From Octopus sinensis (lineage: Eukaryota): a DNA stretch of 64,000 nt. This document shows positions 13,809-27,649 of this stretch, one piece after another. Below the pieces are notes generated by a model. The model ran no database searches. It was given only the letters and a program-made list of their open reading frames with translations, and had not been told where the DNA came from. Where the stretch lies: positions 112,220,001 through 112,284,000 of the forward strand of contig NC_043003.1 of the NCBI RefSeq assembly GCF_006345805.1. Direction: 5' to 3'. The position numbers and the translations under genes were made by a program. The stretch's first letter is position 1; each line of letters begins with the position of its first letter.

Positions 13809-16071
13809 TATGTGTGTCTGTCTGTATTTTTTGCCTACTTCTCTGAATATGAAGATGTTCCTACGAGGGTAAGCACGCAAGTGTCTTTTTAATGCTCTAA
13901 GAAGTACATGCATCAAGTGGATATTTGTGTAGGTCGGCTGTAAGGAGAATACTGGAAAAGAAGCCAAAACTATAAGTAACACTACTAAAAACCTCAAAAT
14001 CAAACGACATTATTATATAATTAATTAGAAATAAAGCAGGTGTAATCTTTATGGCAATTGAATTAACTCGCTTCAGACCGTTATAGTATATGATTTCTCA
14101 GTACTTGTTATTCCATTTAGCTCAATTGAAATATGAACATCTGACAGATATGGTTATTTTCTTGGCTCTGAATATTGCTTAGTGAGACGTTTATAATTAA
14201 TAATGAACGGATTATGAAAGGAATTGACGTAGTGGCGAAATTAATTCATGATTAAATTTATGAAACAGGACAAACGTTGATAATAACTTAAACCTGACAT
14301 TTGTCATAAAACTAAAGCAAATGAAATACGTTTCATAACAATTTAGACAACACAAAATCAGAAAATAAACTTAGTCGACATTTGGAAGTAAGTATTAATT
14401 AATAGCTTGCAACAAGCCTTGTACAATCGTTTTAAGTGCCGGAGTACTATTAACAGACATAGACACCCTCTGGTCGATTCACACTTGAACAAGCGGAACA
14501 GAGAAGATGCAACAGCTGGAGAGAGGGTGATGAACTAGAAGTGTGCTGGTACTTATTTCCAGTTCAGCAGACAAGAACAATTACGCGAATTGATGTGTTG
14601 TGTACAAGATTACAATGTGCAGCCACCCCCACCTCACCAGTCTGTTTCAAACCGGTTCTTACACATGAACCACTAAGATGCACAGCTACATAAATATGCG
14701 TTGAAATATCAACAGTTTTAAAAACTTGTGTGTTACTAAGAATATAAATATACTCTCTGAAATGCTGGAGTAACTTTCAATTTATCTATCATAAACACAA
14801 AACTATGTAAAGGAGTAAATGTGGAAAATATTTGTAAAGAAATCTGAACAAGATTACACATACAACATAATAGTGTATTTTACGTGTGTATGAGTGTTGG
14901 TCTGTGTGTTTGTGTGAGCGTTGCGACAGAGTGATGCATAAGTTTGTATGATGATTCCAACCAAATTGATTTCAGTTCCCAAGAGTATAAAACCTATTTA
15001 AAATGTATATATTTACTTCCAACTGACTCATTTAAAAACTTAAGAATTATATTAAATTCAATTATTTTTTTTTTAGGTCGCATGATTTTTAAAAGTTTGA
15101 TTTTTAAACTAAGAATGACGGTATAAACGTACAACAATTTATGTTTCTTTGTTTTAAGCATTGGAATTACAGCCCATACAGGAGCACCGCGTTGGTAGTT
15201 GTATCGATCAAACCGGTCACATTCCTTATTTTAAACCTGATATATATTTGGACTCTTGTGACGAACAGCTAAGTTACAGAGCTATAAACAATTCGATTCC
15301 GAGTGTTAAGCAATACAGAAGCAAAATATAAAGATACATGCATATATAAACATACATAACATACATACATAAATATATATATATATATATATATATACTA
15401 TACATAAATGCTAGACGCTAGGAGGGAATCTTAAAATGAAAACTACCATATATATATATATATTTATTTATACGCGAAATTTAGGTTGTTAAAAATATTT
15501 TCAACATAGTTCTTCCAAATGATGATAGCATAATTACTGCAGTTGCTGAGGAGAAAAGAATTCTCATGGTAAAGGGTGTAAAAGGACCGTATATTCTCAG
15601 TGTCGCCATCTATCGTATCCTCAGACGTAGTGTTTCTGATTCCTTGGCTTTGACATTTATTCCATATAATCTGTCTAAGATGCAAATATAATTTGTAGCT
15701 AACTTGACATTTTTTGTTCCTGTTTCTCCGTTTCTGTATTTAGTAAGTTGATTATAGTTGTGCTTTTTTGTTGCTATGAGTTTAGGTTTGTCGGAAAAGC
15801 GCTGAAAATAGCCCACTACGTTGGGTATTCATTTTCATAGAGAGTGAAATGACAGCATGATTTAACAAGGCATTTATTTAAGATAATCATCTAAAGAAAA
15901 GGAAACATTGCTTCTACTCTGGGTGTTGATAGGAACTACAAAATACACTACGTATGTAAAGCTATGTCGAACCAATTGTAGTCATTTTAAATTACGAATG
16001 TCTTACACTTCATTTTCTTTTATCCATCAATTTATATCAACTCTATTGACATTGTGGAATATATACATATA

Positions 16072-16167
<96 letters not shown>

Positions 16168-16386
16168 AGACCCAAGTATCAAGGTGTAGGACGTCAGTAA
16201 GCTAGTGAATGGAGTACAAAATATGCACGCTGCATATGTTTCAGAGCTAGCAAAACCTCGGAAGTAGTAATTGCCCAAATGAGGGGCAATCCTCTAACTA
16301 CTCATGGGGGTCAATGAAGTTTGCATTGTCGTGATGGGATCCCATGTCAGCTCGCAAGAGATTCAATCGAATATATACATACATAC

Positions 16387-16452
<66 letters not shown>

Positions 16453-16461
16453 CTTATATAT

Positions 16462-16622
16462 ACGAACAGGCTTCTCTAAGTTTCCGCCCACCAAATCCAG
16501 TCACAAGATGTTGGTCGGCTTGAGGCTATAGTAGAAGACACTTGTCCAAGCTGCCACGCAATGGGGCCTGAACCATGTGGTTGGTAAGCAAGTTACTTAT
16601 CACACAGCCACTACTGTGCCTA
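16462..16622 (-). mobile_element. SINE family A, 5' half
   Basis: Reverse complement of the GTGGCTGTGTG.TAAGTA.CTTGCTTACCAACCACATGGTTC head and core. Confidence 0.8.
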
Positions 16623-16635
16623 TCTATATATATAT

Positions 16636-16850
16636 AGAAGTTCAGTAAAAATTTAGATTCAGTTGAATATTGTACTTAAGTTAAAGGCATCAGAGTTTGG
16701 TAAGGTATTATCCATATAAATCAAATGGGGTGATTATAATCAAAATAAGCAATAAGGATATCCAAAGGTAGTGCAGTACAATCGTTTCATGCGACTTCAT
16801 TTAATTAAACAATGCAAGTATTACATCAGTTTTAAAATGTAGGGCAATCT
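16636..16850 (+). repeat. Unclassified TA-flanked dispersed repeat (copy 1; copy 2 at 57651-57864)
   Basis: Collinear homology by eye (AAATTTAGATTCAG.TGAATAT.GTACTTAAGTTAAAGGCA...AATCAAAATAAGCAATAAGGATATCCAA). Confidence 0.8.
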
Positions 16851-17833
16851 TTAGCTGCATATGGATTATTTTAGTTAAATTGGCAAGATTTATTTTTATA
16901 CTTATTCCATTGGCCAACATTGCAAAGAGGGTAGATATATATATATATATATATGAACCCGAAATCGAGTTGTTACGAATAGAATATATTAACCACAAAT
17001 GTTAAAAAGCCCTCTTGAATTCCATTCGCTAATATTTGAGATATATTTACGTTTGAACTGAATAAATATTAATAATAATATATTATTATACATAAAGTCA
17101 GAAAGAAAACATTTTCTTTACCAATATGCTGAAAAATAGACGCAAAATCGTCGATTTGGTGTATTTTTTTCAGCATTTTGGCAAATAGATTTTGTTCTTT
17201 TTGCCCTTATTTGTAATTGTATAATTTTTACCTTAAAATATATTTTTCATATCCTGTCTACTGATGAAATTTTTTAATAAAATTTCATCCTTATATCAGA
17301 AGTAATAATATATTAATATTGTTTGTCCTTCAGAGGAATAGATTTCGATTGTTTCATCACTGAATACAATTTGACTATCATAATTATATATACACAGATA
17401 ATTTTCAAGAAAACTGCAATCTGTAAATATTGCTCGCATTTCACGCCTATGAGTGTACAATTTACGATACCTACTTAGGAAATTAATCAATAATTCGACA
17501 GGTTGAGGAAAGGTGCTGCTGAAAATAAAGAAGATAACAATAATAACAGTCATCGTCAACAAATATTGTTTATGATTTTACCGCATATATGAATATACGT
17601 TAGTATTTAATGCTCTAATCATTAACTGTGTTTTCACCTACTTAAATACGAAACTGAAACAAGAATCAGGCATTACCATTGAAAACAATTGAAACACAAC
17701 TTGGTGTGCCTTGCTTAGAAAATCGTCGCTAGGGAAATCAATGAAATATATGAATATAAAATCGTTTTATTCAATGAAGCTAGAAGTGCCAGTATGTGAA
17801 AAAGAATGACTTGAAGTGATTATCCACTTCAAA

Positions 17834-17872
<39 letters not shown>

Positions 17873-19089
17873 TGTGTGTGTGTATGTGTGTGTGTGTGTG
17901 TGTATGTGTGTGTGTGTGTTGTGCTTTTATGTACTTGCCTGTGTCCGAGTGTATGCATGCATGTGTATGTGAATGTCTGGTCGAACTGATTAAGTGTAAT
18001 GCAGAAAGATGGACATAAACATATTTAGATTTCACCAGTACTTTATTCATTGAAATATCAGTTCCCTGGAGATTAGCTCATGTTTCAGGACAGCAGTATT
18101 TTTCTTTACATTCCAGCGGACGTCATCAGTTTCTATGTACCATGCGATGCTTCAATATTAACTTCTATATTAGATAAATTCTGATGGGAATTATCAACAT
18201 GAATATAGTTGAATTGGATCCAAATATCAAGCATTCAGTGACATGTCCGTAATAATAGGCAGAAGACAAAAACGTAAAGAGGAAAAACTGTGGTCGATTA
18301 AATCATCCTCAATAGTTAGATGGTAAAAATTTTACCGAGTAGGATAAAGGATTAAAGACAATCATCCACATCTCGTGACACAATTTGAATGCTGGATGAT
18401 AAACACGCAACTAAATATCGCATTTCATTTCGTCCAGTGCCCAGCTGTTTCAGATATGCCGGACAAAAATGTTTTCGTTCTACTCCTGCATGTTATGATG
18501 CTCCATGTAGGCGAGTTCAAATTGCCATTTGATCCTTCTTGGCACTAAAATATCTAACAGTCACTTATTAAATCAAATTTATCTACGATAATCTCACCCA
18601 GGAAATTAGTATCAAGGTACTGAAATTTAAAATCTTTGTATTTATAGAAGAGCTTCGAAATAAATATTTTGTGATATTTGTTCCGAGTTTTTTTCATATT
18701 AATTTCAACCTCACTGAGGCCAACTTTATCCTCCATCCCTCCTAGCTCCATGAAATAAATTAACATTCAAGTTCTAGTGACGAGGGTATAGACTAGCATC
18801 CCACATTCAAAATTTGTAGCACTCTTCCAAAATCAAAAGTAATTATTATGATATATGTGGTCTTAAGTGGTGAGCTGGAAGAAAGGTTTGTCATTGTTTC
18901 TGAGTAGAAAGTGTGTACGCTCTATGTGAGTCCTGTTATTGTTAACCTGTTATTGTAAACCTGTTATTACTTGAATTTGTGGGAATTGTTGTTTGTCTTC
19001 CCCATTTATGGGCGAAGTTGTGAAATACTGATATTTTTCTAAACATCAGCGATAACCACTTCACAGTAAATGAGATTACTATTTCTGTA

Positions 19090-19133
<44 letters not shown>

Positions 19134-19254
19134 AAATCATATCAACTGAAAGATCTGAAAAAATCTTTTCACAATTGTAGGTATGAATCGCATGCCAGAC
19201 ATCTAAAATATTGCAACAAATTCCCAAATCGTCTGAATTTGAGGTCAGCAGCGC

Positions 19255-19318
<64 letters not shown>

Positions 19319-19699
19319 CCACCTACTACAGAACACTAACTAACAAATATTTATTTCCGTCAGTTCACTTCGCGGATAACCAAACTGCCGGATCCTGGTG
19401 AAGCTGCACCGACAATAATGCAAGGTTGCATTTGTAACAGTGAGAGGTCACTGCAGCGGAAACAAGTGTAGGTCATTGTAATATGTTGCATATAACTAGG
19501 AAATACATTTTATGGACGTGCAGTCTCCATACTCTCAAGTTTCCATACTATTATTAATGATAATATATATACACCAGACAATTTTTACCGTCCAGCGATG
19601 TGTGCACAGAATTATCCATCGGAAGAATGCATGGAATATCTAGCAACAAATTGTAGTCAAGATTCTAAATACGGAATTGCAGGGGTCATCTGCTGACTG

Positions 19700-21217
19700 A
19701 ATCTTAATTGAGAGAATAGACAATTACAAACAGGGTTATGCTGCGGTGACTTGCAAAAGCCTGTCAGCGGAGCTACTGCACTGTGAAATAGAAGTCAAAG
19801 ACAAAGACTTCAATATATACAACACCTTGTTGAGAAAGGAGGGAAACAGTGTCAGACTGACGCCTCCCAAGGAGGTTATTGAGAATATGGAAAAGAGAAC
19901 TATCATCTATAGAACGTAAAAACATAGCGTCGAAGGAAGTAAAGATAGCAGCCGTAGAAGCAGTAGACGAATATTTGAAAGAGGTGAAAGAATCGAGTAC
20001 ATTCTACACCAAAGGACAGAAGTTCGGCATAATGGAGATGCGCTTCGTAAACAAAAATGAAGCAAAGAAGTGCTCCACTGTATCTCTGAAATCAGCGGAG
20101 TGGGCACTACTACGTACTTACTGTGTCAAGCGTGCGTCCAGAGTAAGGATAGGTAGAGTGCCTCTGAAATTGATGAGACATGGCTGGTGGCAGCCATCTT
20201 CTATGATACAGAGGAAGAAGTAAAAGTGTTTAAAATATCAAAGACTACAGCGGTGAACTGATAGGGATATGGGCTACAAATAATAGGCCATATAAGCCTA
20301 CCAGGCCTCCATAAGATTGTGTTGCCAGAACAGACCAGATTGAGGATTGCTGTGGAGGGTAGACCTCCAATAGGGTTTGCGTGTGAAGGCCAAGTGTCCC
20401 CAGAAACATGAGGAGGGAATAATAGAAACAGAAATTCAAAAAGAGAGTACAGATGTAGCAGAGAAGAAAATAGACGAGCAATTTACGGTCGTGAAAAGAC
20501 AAAAGAATTTAGAATCACCACCTAAAAGCCCCAAGGAGAAAGAAAGAAAAACAAACGAGGAAGAGAATAAGAAAGAAAAGAAGAAAAATGGAAAATCAAA
20601 TGAAAAAGCAAGTGAAATAGGAACTCAGGAACCGTTGCCTTCAACCAGTAAGGAAGAATGAAAGCGAAAGAGACAGCGAATTTGAGACTGAGAAAATTTT
20701 ATCGGACGAAGAGAGTGGTGTAAGCTATCAGAGAAAGATACCTACAGGGAGAAATTTACGAAAGTGTTGAAATCGAAAAGAGGGTAACAAAGATGAAGAA
20801 TGTTTTCAGAGTGAAAATGCTATCAGAGGGTAAGAAAGGTGTGCTAATGGAGAGAGAAAGGGGGGAGATATTAGTAAAATTGTTTGGAAAAAAAAGAGTT
20901 GTAATACCACCACTTGAGTTTAGATACGTCAAGTTGCGGCCTGTTGTAATTTTCGACGATCTTCTGCAATATTTGTTGTAATTGTGTGATTAAAAAACAA
21001 AAAAAGTTACATGACTATTAAGTGAACTGTAATTTAAAAGTACAGTAAAAGGGAACTGCTTGCTTTGGGGGACGAGTACGCCATGTCATGCTCATTTCTT
21101 ATTACAGTCATAGTCCATTCGGCATGTGTTTTATATGAACCCCCCAATTTTGTCTTGTTTTGTATATCCTTATGATGTTCCCTCTTTATAAAGGTCATGT
21201 GACTAAATAAAAGAAAT
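19700..21217 (+). mobile_element. ORF1-only L1/Tx1-type derivative (E1)
   Basis: Disrupted ORF1 (YAAV.., FYTKGQKFGIMEMRF, RASRVRIGRVP, K/E-rich tail) then a 3' UTR ending GATGTTCCCTCT..GACTAAATAAAAGAAATC (AATAAA 21206-21211), similar to the LINE 3' ends at 40-43 kb; no APE/RT between them. Confidence 0.65.
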
Positions 21218-21590
21218 CGAGCTAGCAGACTAGTTAGCGTCAGACAAAATATTCCGCAGCTTTTCCTCCGGTTCTTTACGTTTTAAGTTCAAATTCCACC
21301 GAGGTCAAATTCGTATTTCATAATCTTGGAGGTCTAAGCTATCGACTATACCCCACTGCTAATATTGCTAACTTGTGCAAAAATTCGGAACCGTTATTGT
21401 GAAAATGATGGACGTGGAAAAATGTCAGCGCGTCGAAATAAATAACTCGCAGCATATTTTCCTAAGTGTTTTCATTCTGAGTTCAAATCAGGACTAGGTC
21501 AATTTTACATTTCGTCCATTTGGAGTCGATTAATTAAAGTAGCAGTGAAATACTGGGACCGATTTATCTACTATCCCCACCCCTTCAACG
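21218..21590 (+). mobile_element. Two degenerate family-B SINE remnants
   Basis: (G/A)AGTTCAAAT B-boxes and GAGGTC/GAGTCGAT core residues at ~21215-21355 and ~21405-21585. Confidence 0.5.
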
Positions 21591-21885
21591 TTTCATGTTT
21601 TATGCCCATAGTAGAAAATATTATCATTATTGTATGTTTGACTTTTGCTTTATATTTGTACAAGTTGGCTCCAAGTCTCACCCAGAGACCTCAAGAGACA
21701 ACAGGTTGGAAGTTCATGTTATTGTTATGCCTAGTGTGCCATATAGTTGGTTTTGTAGTTAGTGTTGTACTAGTGAATGTATAAAAAAACATACGAAAAT
21801 TACGTTTGTTTTAAAACTTGAGATTACATAGAAAGTATTTTGCGTAGGATATGAGCAGATCCCATGAGCACTATCGTTTGAATTT

Positions 21886-21890
21886 CTACT

Positions 21891-21921
<31 letters not shown>

Positions 21922-21937
21922 TTATTATTATTATTAT

Positions 21938-22023
<86 letters not shown>

Positions 22024-22025
22024 TA

Positions 22026-22062
<37 letters not shown>
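21886..22062. repeat. Compound (TAT)n(TAC)n(TAT)n microsatellite
   Basis: Directly visible. Confidence 0.95.
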
Positions 22063-23635
22063 TTCTTTTTTTAGACTCTATACTTCAGTGGAGAATTTTT
22101 ATGTATTATTCAAATAGAGAGGGAGAAAGTGAAAAAGAGAGTTTACTTGTGTTTGTAAACATTATAAGCCCTTATATTTCTATATAATTGATATTTGCTC
22201 TGTACCGCATAAGTAAATATATTTTAGTTGTTTACTGTTCCAATCATTAGCTATGTCCTCACCTACACAAATCTGAGACAGCTATATGAACCTAAGACTG
22301 AAATCAAATGATAATAATCAAAACTATTCAAAAGTAACTTAGTGTGCAGAGCTTACAAAACGTCTGCAGGGAAATCAATAAAATGCATAATATATGTTAA
22401 ATGTGAGGCTATAAAAATTGAATTCTATATTAAAATTAAAAGTGCGTATGCCAAAATCAGTATTTTGTCTGTACATACCTTGGCAGCGGAAAGTCGTATA
22501 TAAAGACGTTACGGGGGAGATTACAATTTTGTAATACAGGGTCGTTTGTGCCGAAAATTATTCTTTTATCTGTCATCAGCCGAAGAAAATATTTTTATAT
22601 GTAAAAGGTCTGTAACATTGTTACTAGTCCGTTGCATGTTTCAGGTTGAATGCTGTGTATTTGAAGTATTTAAAGACTTTATTTCCTCAGGTCATTTTTT
22701 TCTGTTGAGACAAAAATAGCTTCTATTCTGCGAAAGTGTATGCCGTGTGTTTATAATTATATCATACTGATTTCCCTATATTTTCCATGTTTCAATGTAC
22801 TTCCATGCTGGAGAGAGAGTATCACAACTTTTGCATGATTTTATATGAGACAGAAAAGTATTCTGGTCATTTCTCAGATCCCAATTGCCTGGAAAAGGAA
22901 GAGGACACCAAACCAGGACATTCTTGCTAATCACCTCATTAAATTTACCTGAGATCGTGCCAATCTGCGTTAAACAAGGCACTGGTCAAATACAAACTGT
23001 GCACTAATCAGAAGTACATTATCATTGATCTAAATACCTTAAATATATTGATATATCAATGGAAAATATGACGGCAATTTGGAAGTTATTTCTAATATGA
23101 CGGAAGTTCTGTGTTGTGACGATGACTTGAATATTAAGATAATAGGAGAACTTTCAGTACTCTGCGACATGCAGTGTATGTTTGAATACGTTTAGTTTCC
23201 TTTCTTTTACACGACTGTAATTGAATTGTCTTAATAAATTGCCGCATTTTCAAAACTTTTATTATTACAAGCTCGAAAATTGTTTAACTCTTTCTGTTAT
23301 ATTTGCGTTAATATGTTATAATGGTTCGACTTTTCACACTGTGACTGGGATTTCTAGGAAATTTGTTTCACTGGGCCAACATCTTCAGCACAGCATTATT
23401 TCAAAACATCCAACTATAATATCAAAAATTACAATAGATTCATGGTATATATAAATAACTATTTTTTTATTTCTACGGATCTATATATTTTATCTAAAAT
23501 ACTTTAAACAGATCTTTCTCTCACGTTCTCCATACACATATTTGGGGGTGAGTGTGTGGGTGTGTGTATACGCATGTATATACAAATATCGCGTATGTAT
23601 GTATAGATAGATAGATACATACATACATACATACA

Positions 23636-23669
<34 letters not shown>

Positions 23670-23744
23670 GATGGATGGTTAGATAGATCATATTAGATTC
23701 TAATCAGTACGTGACCATGAAATCTTGTCATTCAGCACCTACTA

Positions 23745-23897
23745 AACATTTATAAAGAGGTCTTACAGCTGTTTCCTGGATAATTTATATATCCCTTCAT
23801 CGCAGACGGTGCGAGAAAATGGTTAAGCAATAGTCATTCTAGAAAAGATATGAAATAGAGAGTGAAGTGGTGGAATGAAGTGAGATATGCAGAGATA
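23745..23897 (-). mobile_element. Pseudo-LTR-like fragment containing a type I hammerhead-like motif (23760-23807)
   Basis: Minus strand: GTCT-GCGATGA-ag-GGATA..TATCC-ag-GAAA-CAGCTG-TA-AGAC; diverged inverted copy of 24009-24169. Confidence 0.6.
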
Positions 23898-24008
23898 TTG
23901 CATCTGCAGTTTTATTATTTAAACAGAATGATAACATATAATTGTATACGTACACACATGGTACAGGAAACTTATATGTTTTAACTAATGGGAACTGCAT
24001 TTGATAAA

Positions 24009-24169
24009 TATCTGCATATCTCACGTCTGTTTTTATTCCTCCACTTCACTTTCTATTTCATAACTTTTCTAGAATAACTATTACTTAACCATTTTCTCGC
24101 AACGTCTCCGATGAAGGGTTATATATGATATTCCGGAAACAGCTGTAAGTCTGTCTCTTTATAAATGTT
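24009..24169 (+). mobile_element. Pseudo-LTR-like fragment containing a type I hammerhead-like motif (24104-24151)
   Basis: GTCT-CCGATGA-AGGG..TTCCG-GAAA-CAGCTG-TA-AGTC; palindromic stem III CAGCTG. Confidence 0.6.
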
Positions 24170-24367
24170 CTGAAAAGTTTCGCAGCCTTGGATATTTATC
24201 TCATTCCGTTAATTCTTTTATATATATGCATGCTAATATATGACCTACATTGGAATCCTCATTCGCATCATCACCGAACCTGGAGTTTAACTATAATCTG
24301 TCCATAGAACTTACTTAGTGTTACCAAACATTTTGGGGTCTTCTTGACACCATGGCCTCTGATAACT

Positions 24368-24428
<61 letters not shown>

Positions 24429-24585
24429 TATATATATAATAATATATATATTATATATATATAATATAATATAATATATTTTACTATAAAATTGGATTTA
24501 TCCTAAATCTGATTTTTCCCTGTAAGTTTCGATTTATTCCCTAATATTTTATTACATATATATATTATATACATTATATATATAT

Positions 24586-24616
<31 letters not shown>

Positions 24617-24713
24617 TGATAAAACGGTAAGATAACAAAAGAAGAAAGAGACCTCAATATTATGTAAATAGAGGAAATTTATCTATACAATATGTTACAT
24701 TACTCGGTAGTCA

Positions 24714-24776
24714 AGATAAAACTCTGAGTTTCAGATGCCGAAGTGGAAATCCACAACACCATCTCTTCGGTTATCT
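24714..24776 (-). ncRNA. Type I hammerhead ribozyme-like motif in the inverted pLTR
   Basis: Reverse complement of 27650-27712. Confidence 0.6.
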
Positions 24777-25339
24777 GGCTATTTGAAAACGTTATGAAAA
24801 AATACCGTTAAAAATGAAGGAAATTACTCTGTTATAACTCTGCTTTGCCTGCGTACTTATACATCGCTCGCATTTTTCGTCATAAAAATTATATAAAAAT
24901 ACATAAAAATATATAAAAATATATAAAAATATATAAAATCTTCTTGGGACATAACACAGAAAGCATGTTCTATCCGTTTTCTTTAGGGGACCAAAAACGT
25001 AACAGAAATTTAGTCACATGTGGGCATGATCCGAAAAGCTCTGTCCTTGTGTTTAGACATGTGGTAGGGTCTAAGCTGCTTTTCCAGATAAGCCATCTCT
25101 CCATGTCGCATAAACCGCACCTTCCGCTGCCGTTAGTATAGGGCTTACATCTGTTAGTATAGGGCTTAAATTTCCTCTATTTACATAATATTGAGGTCTC
25201 TTTCTTTCTTTTGTTATCTTACCGTTTTATCAATAAATCACCTCCCGGACGACGTTATTCTCAACTAAGAGCTAATACGACCTTTTTGGGATTATCGCCT
25301 AACATCGGTTGAGGACTCTCACAAACAAAAGAATCTAAT

Positions 25340-27463
25340 ATGGACGCATATCACATAGATTATTCTATGAAAAATATACCGATCCCATCAAGGATTTTTT
25401 ACTCTAAGAAACTTCTGCAAAAAATTACTGATGTAATTAAGCGTATGAGATGGAAGGCTTTCTTTTTGACACAGAAGCGAACACCAAGGAAAACATTTGC
25501 TATCGGATAAAATCCAAAAAATTCCCTCCTAGGATTAAAGGCTTGGAAGATTTCGAAGCGGACCTGCTGAAGATCATGAGCAAAATAAAGTTTCGTAAGT
25601 CTTTTAACAATTTCCAACATAAATTGAAAAAAGATATTGATCATATAAAAAGCTCCAAGAAAAAAGCACTTTTTTCGGATAAAACCAAGAACTTATACCT
25701 GGTAGATAACAGCAAATACACACAACTCTTACACAACACAGCATCATTAATAATTATACTAAGGCTAGGGCACAGACATATAACGAAATTAATAAAGAAG
25801 CTAGCGTCATCGCCGCTAAACTTAAATTAGAATAAAAAAATAGAAACCCTCCCCCAAAAAGAGGCCTTTATTACTATTAAAGACCACAAGAAAACTTCCT
25901 TTCCAACCCTAAATGTAGGCTTATCAACCCAGCCAAGTCAGAACTAGGAATTATTAGCAAAGAAATTTTAGATAAATAAATACGAAAATTAAGACCGATA
26001 CTAGGCTAGTGCAATGGTCCAATAGTATAGAAGTCGTAGACTGGTTTAAAGCTATTGAGAATAAGAAAAAAGCGAGGTTTACACAATTCGATATTGTTGA
26101 TTTTTATGCCTCTATCTCTAAAGAACTGCTAGATAAAGCCCTAATCTTCGCTAGTGACTTCATAGAAATTAGTACCAATGATAAGGATATGATCTCCATG
26201 CTAGAAAGACATTACTTTTCAGTGAGAATGCAAAGTGGGTAAAAAACACCGACACGGAGGGCGCTTTCGATGTGAGCATGGGTTCATATGATGGGGCAGG
26301 CATCTGTGATCTAATTGGACTCTTTCTCTAGATACCTTCGGTAAGACATTCCTAACGTACATTTCGCCATCTACAAAGATGATGCCCTCGCCTTAACAGC
26401 TAATACAAATGGACCAGCACAAGATCGTTTTAGGAAGGATATTATCCAGTTAATGAAACACTTCGGACTTAGTATAACTATAGACACTAACCTGACGGTT
26501 GTCAATTTCTTAGACGTTTCCTTAGATCTTAATAATAATATTTATAAGCCTTATAGGAAGCCCAATGATACTAAGTTATATTAATGTAGGTTCATGCCAT
26601 CCCCCTATAGTATTCAAAAATTTAGTTAAAAATATTAGTAAGAGGATTTCTAGCCTCTCATCTAATGAGGACATCTTCAATAGCGTTGCCCCAGTTTATA
26701 ATAAAGCTTTAAAAGATAGTGGTTTTAGCGAAAAAATAAAATATACACCTATCACCAGCCCAACAATAAGGAAAAGAATAATAAAATAGGAAGGTCATCT
26801 GGTTTACGCCCCCTTACTCACCCGAGGTGGCCTTCAATATAGGTAAATATTTCCTAGCACTGATAGATAGACATTTTCCAGTTAACCATGCTTATAGGAA
26901 ACTCTTTAATAGACACAATTTAAAAATTAGTTTTAGTTCAACTACCAATTTAAAAACATAATCAATCATAACATACAAAAAACACAAGAAGAAAACAGCT
27001 GTTCATGCAGGAATAAAGAATTGTGCCCGCTAAATGGAGCTTGCATGTCCAAGACCATCATATATGAAGCTACCGTAACTCTATAACCACTAAAGACAAA
27101 CGACACCGTTTCGACGAAGAAATACGTGGGCCTGACAGAGGGTAATTTCAAGGCCAGGTTCAATAACCACACTTTGAGCTTTAGGCACTGGAACAAAAGA
27201 AAAGCGACACAATTATCCAATCATATTTGGTCTTAAGAGATAAAGGTGTCGATTATAACATACAATGGAAGATTTTGGCCAGATGTAAGCCCTATACTAA
27301 CGGCAGCGGAAGGTGCGGTTTATGCGACATGGAGAGATGGCTTATCTGGAAAAGCAGCTTAGACCCTACCACATGTCTAAATACAAGGACAGAGCTTTTC
27401 GGATCATGCCCACATGTGACTAAATTTCTGTTACGTTTTTGGTCCCCTAAAGAAAACGGATAG
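25340..27463 (+). pseudogene. Penelope-like RT / GIY-YIG endonuclease ORF (multiple frameshifts)
   Basis: [79 protein letters not shown] (26372-26383), NFLDV, HPP, WFTPPY, CSCRNKELCP, IIYEAT..YVGLTEG (27057-27140), C-terminal RCGLC..ELFGSCPH. Confidence 0.92.
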
Positions 27464-27649
27464 AACATGCTTTCTGTGTTATGTCCCAAGAAGATTTTAT
27501 ATATTTTTATATATTTTTTTATGTATTTTTATATAATTTTTATGACGAAAAATGCGAAGCGATGTATAAGTACGCAGGCAAAGCAGAGTTATAACAGAGT
27601 AATTTCCCTTCATTTTTAACGGTATTTTTTCATAACGTTTTCAAAAGCC

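Noticed and set aside
17296-17562. 88-aa ORF with a signal-peptide-like start
   Set aside because: Starts at TTG; the hydrophobic N-terminus derives from a T-rich tract; no recognisable family
19410-19510. Cys-rich C-x-C pattern resembling transposon C-termini
   Set aside because: Needs frameshifts to assemble and is too short to assign
25340-27463. Selenoprotein-encoding Naiad-type PLE
   Set aside because: The endonuclease is C-terminal (Naiads have it N-terminal), and the in-frame stop I found is TAA, not TGA
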